The position numbers were made by a program, and so were the translations under genes. Shown here one piece after another: positions 6,525 through 16,438 of a stretch of DNA of 64,000 bases (position 1 is its first letter; each line of letters begins with the position of its first letter). A model generated the notes under the pieces. The model saw only the letters and a program-made list of their open reading frames with translations, searched no databases and had not been told where the DNA came from. The stretch lies in the IMG/VR virus record IMGVR_UViG_3300044213_000107, positions 196,724-260,723 of that record; one strand, written 5' to 3'.

Positions 6525-7310
6525 ATGAACACCTGTCAACAATGTACTTCATTATTTGCTCAAACTCCTGGAACGTACGGTAAATTTTGCTCTGTATCCT
6601 GTAGTAGTAAGTTTAATAATAAAATTAGACGCCAACAGACTACGGAAAACTATTTATTAAATCCAAAAGTTTGTAAAAATTGCAATTCAATCATAAATTA
6701 TTCTCAAAGAAAAAGTAATATTTTTTGTAGCCGATCCTGCGCCGCTGTGTTTAATAATGCCAAAAAAGATTGGACTAATATTAAAACTGGGCCGACACCT
6801 AAACAAAAGGCACCGAAATTAAAAAGAAAAGCGAGAACTAATACTATCCCAGATGCAGACGGACCATACACTATTATATACCTATGCACTTGCAAATTTA
6901 CTGGAAAAAAATGGTACTCCCCAACAGTTAAGACCATACACCCATCAACAATATCAACTAAAAAATTGTATTCTTATCAATGTAGATTTAACTTTGGTAT
7001 TAAGTCGTACCCTGAATGGTTTGCTTATGCATCAAATTTAATAAACACTAACGGCTGGTACTCAGCCTCTAATAGAGGTAATAATTTATCTGGATGTTCT
7101 CGTGATCATTTGTATTCAGTATCGGATGGATACAAAAACAATATAGATCCTAAAATAATATCTCATCCTGCAAACTGTGAGATAATTCCGCACAGGAAAA
7201 ATCAGAGTAAAAACAAGACTTCGTCGATTACATTAGAAGAACTAAAAGAAAGAATCAAAAAATTTAATCAAAAATATTTGGAGATGCCAGATGGGGTCGA
7301 GCCATCCTAG
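6525..7310 (+). CDS. Zn-finger repeat / HNH-like homing endonuclease
   Basis: Two CxxC..FCSxSC motifs; C-terminal SRDH...HPANCEIIPHRKNQSK; start moved to the ATG after TAAATA-N5. Confidence 0.75.
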   Translation: MNTCQQCTSLFAQTPGTYGKFCSVSCSSKFNNKIRRQQTTENYLLNPKVCKNCNSIINYSQRKSNIFCSRSCAAVFNNAKKDWTNIKTGPTPKQKAPKLKRKARTNTIPDADGPYTIIYLCTCKFTGKKWYSPTVKTIHPSTISTKKLYSYQCRFNFGIKSYPEWFAYASNLINTNGWYSASNRGNNLSGCSRDHLYSVSDGYKNNIDPKIISHPANCEIIPHRKNQSKNKTSSITLEELKERIKKFNQKYLEMPDGVEPS

Positions 7311-7352
7311 AAAGTTTTGCAGGCTTCCACCTAACCGCTCGGACATGGCATC
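7279..7352 (-). tRNA. tRNA-Cys(GCA), divergent T-loop
   Basis: Loop CTGCAAA, U discriminator; overlapped antisense by the HNH-like ORF end. Confidence 0.8.
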
Positions 7353-7402
7353 GTAATATAAAAATTTTAGTGTGGTAGTTCGGCGCACACCTACATAATA
7401 AA

Positions 7403-7495
7403 TGGTGGAAGCGGTGAGACTCGAACTCACACACCCTGTTGAGAGCCCTCAGTTTTCAAGACTGCTGCCGCTATGCCGATTCGGCTAACGCTTCC
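7403..7495 (-). tRNA. tRNA-Ser(UGA)
   Basis: Loop CTTGAAA, long variable arm. Confidence 0.9.
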
Positions 7496-7497
7496 AA

Positions 7498-8679
7498 TTA
7501 TACTGGGAATACTTCCCTAAAATTTGTTTTTCTTATACGATCTAACATACCAATATATTCGTTAAATGTATTGATTAAGTTAGGATTGTGCACAGCATTT
7601 TCCAATGAGTTTATTGTAAATTTAATCGCTGATATATAGTTATATCGCAGATAATGCGTTAAAGGAATCTGAGATTTTAGTTCTTGCAAATCGAGAATAA
7701 ATTGATTTCTTTGTGCATCTGTTAACACTTCTATGTCTAAATATGGTTTAGACATTAATCTACCAACATTCACAGCATATGAGTTATCAACACAATATTG
7801 AATTAATGGTATCAACGCCCAGAAACTTGTATACTGTAGTGTATGGCCAATGGTAATAGGATTATTAGGCCATGTAGGATTAGGACGTGTGGCTAATTTT
7901 TTAATATTAGCATCTACGGTTGCCCACTCACTACCATATCTAACATATTCTGTATGTTGCTCGGTACCTTCTAAACTTACAACTATTGCAACAGATTTAA
8001 ATTTTGAAATACAATCGTATACTTCATCTGTTAATGTTGTACCGTTTGTGGTAACTGTTAAATTTAATTGCTCCGGATGCGGAATGCTTTTTAACATTGC
8101 AATAGCATTAGGAGTTATAAGTGGCTCGCCACCTGTTAAAAAAATATGTTCAACATTTTCTAATAGTCGAGGCTCCAGCTCTTGATATTCATCTGTTTCA
8201 AACCAATTTCTTTTTTGTATAAATTGATCATCATGAGTTAAGTGAACAAAATTTTTATATTGTTCTCTATTCATTTTTACTTCAGTTTCTATACTAGAAC
8301 TGCAATAAGGATTACACATTATACATTTTAAATTACAGTGATTGCCAAATTCAACATGTAAATGTTTTATGCCATAAGATTTATCTGGTGAAAAATCTTG
8401 TCTAATAAAATTTTCAAATGTGCGATTACCATTTATTCTGTACGACGATGATCCATTGTCTTCTTCGTCCCAACAACGACTACAACCTTCATGTCTTTGG
8501 CCATTGTCTAGTTCTTGACTAATTTTAATAACTTTTGTTTGTCGCCAACGATCAAATTGATCATATTTATCAACCAAATTACCATCTTTTATTTGATAAT
8601 TACAACAAGGTGTAAGTGTGCCGTCTGTGCGAATATTAACACCAATATGCGAATGTATACAAAATGTTTCTTGATTCAT
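7498..8679 (-). CDS. radical SAM protein with N-terminal SPASM/twitch-like Cys cluster
   Basis: CNLKCIMC, TGGEPL, TTNGT; N-terminal C..PCC..CxxC; start moved to MNQETFC. Confidence 0.88.
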   Translation of the reverse strand: MNQETFCIHSHIGVNIRTDGTLTPCCNYQIKDGNLVDKYDQFDRWRQTKVIKISQELDNGQRHEGCSRCWDEEDNGSSSYRINGNRTFENFIRQDFSPDKSYGIKHLHVEFGNHCNLKCIMCNPYCSSSIETEVKMNREQYKNFVHLTHDDQFIQKRNWFETDEYQELEPRLLENVEHIFLTGGEPLITPNAIAMLKSIPHPEQLNLTVTTNGTTLTDEVYDCISKFKSVAIVVSLEGTEQHTEYVRYGSEWATVDANIKKLATRPNPTWPNNPITIGHTLQYTSFWALIPLIQYCVDNSYAVNVGRLMSKPYLDIEVLTDAQRNQFILDLQELKSQIPLTHYLRYNYISAIKFTINSLENAVHNPNLINTFNEYIGMLDRIRKTNFREVFPV

Positions 8680-8709
8680 AGTGATATTTATATGCAACAT
8701 ATATTGTAA

Positions 8710-8804
8710 TATTCTAAAACTGATTAGTTTCGGGAGATGTCCGTCCTATACAACCGGCCCTTTCAATGAGCCTGTAAAATATTCTTCTACTCAGTTTTAG
8801 AATA
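8710..8804 (-). ncRNA. unassigned ~95-nt RNA closed by a 14-bp stem
   Basis: TATTCTAAAACTGA ... TCAGTTTTAGAATA. Confidence 0.5.
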
Positions 8805-8812
8805 CCCTTTAT

Positions 8813-8943
8813 TGCTAGAGGATATGATAGGGTCAATACCCTACCCAGGAGTCTTACTAATCGGTTTCCGCCCGACGTTCATGTATCCTGTCCGCCCGTT
8901 TGTGCTAGTTAAAGTGAGCACGGGACCTCGTTTCCCTTGAGCA
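8813..8943 (-). ncRNA. unassigned multibranch structured RNA
   Basis: GC-rich island with nested helices CCCG-TGCT/AGCA-CGGG, CAGGA/TCCTG, TCGG/CCGA, TAGGGT/ACCCTA. Confidence 0.55.
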
Positions 8944-8951
8944 CTCGATTC

Positions 8952-9101
8952 TTAGCGTTTTTGCATCTTGCCTGCAAGTTTTTTTATTGCAGCAATATGC
9001 AGTTCTGCTCTACGTACTTTACTCTCTATTAAAGCAACTCGTTGTTCTGGTGTTAGAACATGTTGCTCTTTGAGAGGTTTAGTATTCTTTTTTTCTAACA
9101 T
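8952..9101 (-). CDS. 49-aa basic helical protein, absent from the ORF track
   Basis: AAAGGAAA RBS; MLEKKNTKPLKEQHVLTPEQRVALIESKVRRAELHIAAIKKLAGKMQKR. Confidence 0.7.
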   Translation of the reverse strand: MLEKKNTKPLKEQHVLTPEQRVALIESKVRRAELHIAAIKKLAGKMQKR

Positions 9102-9114
9102 CTTTTTCCTTTGT

Positions 9115-9153
9115 AAAAAACAAAACCCCGGAGTGTTTAGTTCCGGGGTTCTG
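9115..9153 (-). terminator. intrinsic terminator of the candidate attenuator
   Basis: CAGAACCCCGGA-loop-TCCGGGGTTTTG followed by a U-tract. Confidence 0.88.
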
Positions 9154-9174
9154 TGAATCTCAACTAAACAGTTA

Positions 9175-9300
9175 CTAAGATTTAAGAACCCCTACACGAT
9201 CATTATTAATACTTGTTGAACGCACAGATTCGCACCAAAAGGCTGGTGTTAGCTGTTTGCCTAACATATAATAATGATTGCTAATGAGTTTGTTTAACAT
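9175..9300 (-). CDS. 41-aa attenuator leader peptide containing all 20 amino acids
   Basis: MLNKLISNHYYMLGKQLTPAFWCESVRSTSINNDRVGVLKS; its 3' end carries GGGGTTCT, complementary to the terminator 5' arm. Confidence 0.75.
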   Translation of the reverse strand: MLNKLISNHYYMLGKQLTPAFWCESVRSTSINNDRVGVLKS

Positions 9301-9307
9301 AGTATCT

Positions 9308-9336
9308 ATTGTAGTATATTTATCTTTATTCGTCAA
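9308..9336 (-). promoter_or_regulatory. sigma70 promoter with an embedded late TAAATA motif
   Basis: TTGACG-N17-TACAAT, 7 nt before the leader ATG. Confidence 0.8.
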
Positions 9337-9355
9337 CTATTTATTTATCCAAAAA

Positions 9356-9673
9356 TTATCCATGAATAATTGTTTCGTCGTCGAAATAACCTTGCGTAAG
9401 AGCAGTTAACTCAGGACTTGGCGTTGGTATATCCGGTGCGTTTTCTGCGCTTACTTCTTCCCAGCCGACTACAACACCATTTTCAACGATTTCTGTTGCA
9501 GTAGAATGCCCGGCTGCTTGGTGTGCTTGTTTTTCGGCTGTGTGTTGTTCCCACAAAGTTTTAAATTTAGTTAAGTCATCGCCTGTTAAATGGTCATTTA
9601 CCCACTGTTCAATAGAATACGGAACTTTTGTTCCATCTGGCATTACCTTAACTGCAATCTTTTTTGTTGTCAT
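9356..9673 (-). CDS. hypothetical protein, 105 aa
   Basis: AAGGAG RBS and upstream TAAATA. Confidence 0.8.
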   Translation of the reverse strand: MTTKKIAVKVMPDGTKVPYSIEQWVNDHLTGDDLTKFKTLWEQHTAEKQAHQAAGHSTATEIVENGVVVGWEEVSAENAPDIPTPSPELTALTQGYFDDETIIHG

Positions 9674-9732
9674 AATAGACTCCTTTAGTATATGTTTATA
9701 TTTAGTTTTCTTTATAAAAAAGAATACAATAC

Positions 9733-11055
9733 CTATTTTTTAAACCATTGGTATACAATTGATTCTGCAGGTTTGTTTCTAATACTTTGACTGATATTAG
9801 GGAAAGTTGTGTGAGCTTGGATATTATCAGCTAACCAATATGAATTGATAGAAAACGACTCTACATTAACATATTGTTGTTCGTTAATTGTTTCTAACAT
9901 AGATTCATAAGCAATTGCTTGAACACTAAAATCTGTAGTTAATGTAGCAGCACAATTTAGTGACCAACACCCGCTGTCTTCTACCCAGCCCTGGCTTAGG
10001 GTATGATTCCAACTTTGTACTTGTGCAACTATTTCTATCGGCTTTGTTGTACCGTATGTGTTTTGGGCACCATGCAATGTTGTTGCATAATAGGGTTTAA
10101 GTACTGCAACACTAAGATTTTGTTCATCAGATGAACTAATTCTTCCCACTAATGATCCAATTGTTACAACAATTTTATCTACAGAATCTGTAACCGATTT
10201 GCTATATACCCAGGATTGTTCTAGTACTAATTTACCAGAATAAATAGCTCTTAATTTATTTGCTAGATTGACCAATGATTGTTCTCTTATACCTGCAAAA
10301 TTTGTAAAGTCAGGAGTCCAATCGTCCCAATCTAAAGTCATGCTTTCATACCCAGAAGATTGTAATATGACTGCCTGCGATGTCATATAGTTACTATATG
10401 CGGTATATAAATCACTAAGCCATTGATTATTTGTAATGACTAAATTCTGCCCGACACTATCTGTAGTACATATCTGCATTTTATAACGAATATTAAGTCC
10501 AATTGCATGAGCTTGTTGTGCCATCCAGGTTAAGTCTGCGGCAGGAATGCTTTCTCTTCCAAAAAGTGAAAAATCTTGTCCTGGCGTACTTGCTGATGCT
10601 ATACAAATATATTGAGGTACTGTTACATATGTGCCACCTAATGCTTTTATTCTCTGTATTGTTTGCACAAATGCAGTATGCATATCTGAATTACACCCTG
10701 GATTATTTGGTGTTTTTTGACTACCTGGATCTAACCAACTATCTTTTATAGTCAGACCCAATTGAAGAGTAGCCGGCATGTGTCCCGATACAGCAGGCAA
10801 AGGAAATGCGCCTTGATATGATGCAGGATATTGAACTGTTGTAGTAGATAACAAACATGTATCGTCGACTACCGGCAATGTTTGAATTTGTGTATATGTA
10901 CCGGGATATGTATTTGCGGTAATGTTGGTATTGATTGCCACAAAAGATCCTGTTTGTGGTTGGACCGGGACTGAGGTCGATGCACCACCACCTCCGCATG
11001 CGGTTAATATCAAAGATGCAGAAAAAAGTAATACTAAAGTTTTAAACATATGCAT
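9733..11055 (-). CDS. lipoprotein with glycoside-hydrolase-like (GH113-type TIM barrel) domain
   Basis: Lipobox LTAC-GGGG; IKALGGTYV, AHAIGLNI, LRAIYSGKL, NKPAE; own promoter TTGTCC-N17-TATAAT (11107-11079). Confidence 0.6.
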   Translation of the reverse strand: MHMFKTLVLLFSASLILTACGGGGASTSVPVQPQTGSFVAINTNITANTYPGTYTQIQTLPVVDDTCLLSTTTVQYPASYQGAFPLPAVSGHMPATLQLGLTIKDSWLDPGSQKTPNNPGCNSDMHTAFVQTIQRIKALGGTYVTVPQYICIASASTPGQDFSLFGRESIPAADLTWMAQQAHAIGLNIRYKMQICTTDSVGQNLVITNNQWLSDLYTAYSNYMTSQAVILQSSGYESMTLDWDDWTPDFTNFAGIREQSLVNLANKLRAIYSGKLVLEQSWVYSKSVTDSVDKIVVTIGSLVGRISSSDEQNLSVAVLKPYYATTLHGAQNTYGTTKPIEIVAQVQSWNHTLSQGWVEDSGCWSLNCAATLTTDFSVQAIAYESMLETINEQQYVNVESFSINSYWLADNIQAHTTFPNISQSIRNKPAESIVYQWFKK

Positions 11056-11121
11056 ACCTAGTTAAAAGACATGTGCGTATTATAATATATTTTTGAATGT
11101 TGGACAATTGGTTGTTGCAAA

Positions 11122-13493
<2,372 letters not shown>

Positions 13494-13507
<14 letters not shown>

Positions 13508-13745
13508 TTGTAAGTATCTCTAACGTTAATTTTTTCTTTAGTTCTTCAAGCCTAGGTTCAAGTTGGTAACATGCTTCCGCTATTTCATTGTCTGTGCCCC
13601 ATCCAAGTTGGTTATTCAAATGCACAGCCCATTTAGATACCATGTCTTTTTCAAGTTGCAGATCAACTGCGTTGTGTTTAGGTTTAGCCTTAATACACAA
13701 ATTAAAATCATCTAACAATGCTTGAGCGTGTTGCTTGATATCCAT
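13494..13745 (-). CDS. hypothetical protein, 83 aa
   Basis: Overlaps both neighbours (translational coupling). Confidence 0.75.
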
Positions 13746-14197
13746 TATACAACAATATCTTCCATGCCCGCAGTCCTTAATCGCACCACGTGCCCGAGCA
13801 TAAAGTTTTTACTTTCTATACCTTTCATTACACCTAGCCACTTATTACGTAGTAGTGCAACTTCATTGATAATTGTTTCCATGTCGATTACTTCATCTTC
13901 GGCTTCGGCATATTTTTCAGCATCGCGACTTGTTAGTGCACGCTGATACGCTTCAAGATATTTTTTATAATGTCGCTGCCGAATTTTCCTTAACTGTATA
14001 TTTAAATATTCGAGCACCGCTTCAATTTCTTGTAGTTGATTAAACCTGTGCTCAGTAAGCCCGGGTAAATTACTTAGTGCCTTTTCAACATTACCTGAAA
14101 TTTTGATCTCACCTTTGGCTGAGCGCAACTCTGCATCATAGTAATCAATAAACTCGGGAATTACACTTAAATCAGCTACTATTCTATTATAGAACAT
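13745..14197 (-). CDS. uvsY: UvsY-like recombination mediator
   Basis: Helical 150 aa, ALTSRDAEKY ... KGIESKNFMLGHVVRLR; near uvsX and gp32. Confidence 0.7.
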   Translation of the reverse strand: MFYNRIVADLSVIPEFIDYYDAELRSAKGEIKISGNVEKALSNLPGLTEHRFNQLQEIEAVLEYLNIQLRKIRQRHYKKYLEAYQRALTSRDAEKYAEAEDEVIDMETIINEVALLRNKWLGVMKGIESKNFMLGHVVRLRTAGMEDIVV

Positions 14198-14221
14198 AGT
14201 ATACTTTATATAGTAGTTTGA

Positions 14222-14446
14222 TTAATCGTCGTATTCTTCGTATGCATCTTCGTCATCAGATGAATATTCTTTTAGTGCGCGAGAAAGTGCACTATCAGTT
14301 GATCCAAATTCTTTGATTGCATGATCATCTAACATATCAATCATTACACTCATAAGATTATCTGCGGCCTCTTGACGGTCTTTTACAGGTATATACTGCT
14401 TAAGAATTGTATATGCTTCACTTAATACATCCACATCTATACTCAT
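14222..14446 (-). CDS. hypothetical acidic protein, 74 aa
   Basis: In operon, GGAG RBS. Confidence 0.75.
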   Translation of the reverse strand: MSIDVDVLSEAYTILKQYIPVKDRQEAADNLMSVMIDMLDDHAIKEFGSTDSALSRALKEYSSDDEDAYEEYDD

Positions 14447-14607
14447 TCTTTGGCTCCATATACAGTGTTTTCTAATGCCTGAAATGTTGTCTCTACTTTC
14501 GTCATTGCATCAATAAGATTCTGTTTATCCTCTTCAGATATAGTTTCGGGTAAATCAAAATTTAAACTGTTTACTTTATCTTTAAGTTTACTAAGTTGTT
14601 CAATCAT
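14443..14607 (-). CDS. hypothetical protein, 54 aa, absent from the ORF track
   Basis: MIEQLSKLKDKVNSLNFDLPETISEEDKQNLIDAMTKVETTFQALENTVYGAKE; ATGA overlaps at both ends. Confidence 0.7.
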   Translation of the reverse strand: MIEQLSKLKDKVNSLNFDLPETISEEDKQNLIDAMTKVETTFQALENTVYGAKE

Positions 14608-15311
14608 TTTTCTATCCTTTTAATTTGCCAGCCTTTACATTTTCCTCTTTTTGGTATACTGTTATTTTGTAACGCTTTTTCCATTGTTGATATAGTCAAT
14701 TTGTTATCGTTACAGAACTTATAAAACTCACCTACTATTATATATTCTATTCCTCCTGGAGATATAAAAATATATGTTTTGCTATTATTTTTATTACCTT
14801 TCATTCTAATAGAATGTGCTTGTTTGTTTTTTACAGAATGATGTTTTCCGTAAAATGGATTTAATTTGCCGGACCTTGCTATTTTCCGTTTTGTTTCTTC
14901 AGAGTGCGGTTTACGACCAATAGTTTTACAAGTTTCTATATAGCTTTTTACTCTATTCGTAACATGAGTTGCACTTTGTTTCTTACCTTTCCAACTTGGT
15001 GGTCTGTTGTCTACACATATATTTGTTAATATGCCGCCTGGATCAATATTTTCTCTACCATATTTTTTAATAAAAGTAGTTTCTATAATATATGCTTCGT
15101 CCTCATCTACTATATTATCCACTAGAATATTGACAGGAATTTCATATCCTGCTTGCTTTAGATAGTTTATTTTAAAAATTTTGTGTCTATTACTGGTATT
15201 TTCTATAGATTCATTAAAATGATCAAGATGTCTATTGTTTATCTTTAATCCTTTGCCTATATAAAACGGTAGGTTGGTTCTTATATCCATTAGAGCGTAA
15301 ATGTAATACAT
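14604..15311 (-). CDS. GIY-YIG (Seg-like) homing endonuclease with NUMOD3-type repeats
   Basis: YIYAL...FYIGKG..R; HSEETKRKI; NPFYGKHHS. Confidence 0.88.
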   Translation of the reverse strand: MYYIYALMDIRTNLPFYIGKGLKINNRHLDHFNESIENTSNRHKIFKINYLKQAGYEIPVNILVDNIVDEDEAYIIETTFIKKYGRENIDPGGILTNICVDNRPPSWKGKKQSATHVTNRVKSYIETCKTIGRKPHSEETKRKIARSGKLNPFYGKHHSVKNKQAHSIRMKGNKNNSKTYIFISPGGIEYIIVGEFYKFCNDNKLTISTMEKALQNNSIPKRGKCKGWQIKRIEK

Positions 15312-15351
15312 AGCAGTTCTCCTACATTTATTTATCTAAACTGCTATGTAT
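15306..15351 (-). promoter_or_regulatory. late promoter inside a 13-bp hairpin that pairs the start codon
   Basis: ATACATAGCAGTT/AACTGCTATGTAT with GATAAATA and AGGAG between the arms. Confidence 0.8.
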
Positions 15352-15360
15352 CCGTAAATA

Positions 15361-16434
15361 TCACTCCTCGATATTTTCTACTTGTTCTAATACGGGCTCG
15401 TCCCTATGTGGATGCTCTGTAATATCTTTCATTACTTGATCAAGGCATCCGTCTTCATTTCTTTCCCATGCTTTGCGGAATTTTTTAATCACAGTGCCAT
15501 CAAATAAAGTGCATTTAAGACTATTACCATCTTTAGTTAGAATTCCTTTTCCTTCAAACAAATCAACAAGGCCCGATGTTGGACTCATTCCTTGCTCATA
15601 AGGAATCTTAACCTGTACGCTTTCAAATGGTTTGGCATAGCGTGTCTTCATAATCTTACAAGCGGCGCGGATACCTTTAACTTCTGAGATCTTGTTGCCA
15701 TCTTCGTCTTCTTTGAGTTTTAACTTACGCATAGCAACGACAATAGAGCTAGCATAGATAAAACCTTGACCGCCCGAGATTTTATCATCGGGGTCAAACA
15801 TATCTTGGCTAGCGTACGTGTGATTAGTTGCAACTAAACCGATATTTAAAGCACCAATCATATTAACACAGTTACGAACAAGTGCTGTTAATGCTTTAGG
15901 CTTACGACCTAAGTCGCCTTTTAAATCGCCTGCTTCAAATTGATTAACATCTGTAGGTGTTAACAACATACCTAGACTGTCTAGTACAAACAATACTTTA
16001 GGACGAGATTCTTCAGGTAACGTTTTATATTCCTTAACAAACTCACTGATCATTTTAGCAACGTCATCAATCATTGCCATGTTAAGTTTAAGAAGTTTGT
16101 CTTCGCTGGTATCTACCCCAAGCGCATGCAACCATGCTTCATCAAGTGCGTTTTCTGTATCAATTAGAATAGGATAGATACCTTGTGCCTGTGCGTTTTT
16201 AATTAAGTTGCCCGAACAGATAAACGATTTACCTGCGCCCGACTCGCCTGCAAATACAGTAACCTTGCCCATTGGTATACCTTTGTAGAAGTCCCCGGAG
16301 ATAAGATAGTTTAGTGCATAGTTGTTTGTTGATATCCAATCAGTGGGGTCATTAAATCCTACACTAATACCATCGATACTTTTTGTAATACTTTTTCTAA
16401 ATTTGCTTACGTCAAATGGTTTTGCTATTGCCAT
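15361..16434 (-). CDS. uvsX: UvsX / RecA-like recombinase
   Basis: Walker A GESGAGKS, IDTENALD, VLDSLG, ISGG. Confidence 0.93.
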   Translation of the reverse strand: MAIAKPFDVSKFRKSITKSIDGISVGFNDPTDWISTNNYALNYLISGDFYKGIPMGKVTVFAGESGAGKSFICSGNLIKNAQAQGIYPILIDTENALDEAWLHALGVDTSEDKLLKLNMAMIDDVAKMISEFVKEYKTLPEESRPKVLFVLDSLGMLLTPTDVNQFEAGDLKGDLGRKPKALTALVRNCVNMIGALNIGLVATNHTYASQDMFDPDDKISGGQGFIYASSIVVAMRKLKLKEDEDGNKISEVKGIRAACKIMKTRYAKPFESVQVKIPYEQGMSPTSGLVDLFEGKGILTKDGNSLKCTLFDGTVIKKFRKAWERNEDGCLDQVMKDITEHPHRDEPVLEQVENIEE

Positions 16435-16438
16435 ACTT

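Noticed and set aside
12-7639. Short ORFs in the track at 12-242, 2267-2542, 3671-3865, 3694-3942, 5471-5770, 7242-7430 and 7439-7639
   Set aside because: They are translations of tRNA genes or their antisense strands.
8968-9156. Plus-strand 62-aa ORF from the track
   Set aside because: The minus-strand 49-aa ORF has the SD and fits the local direction of transcription.
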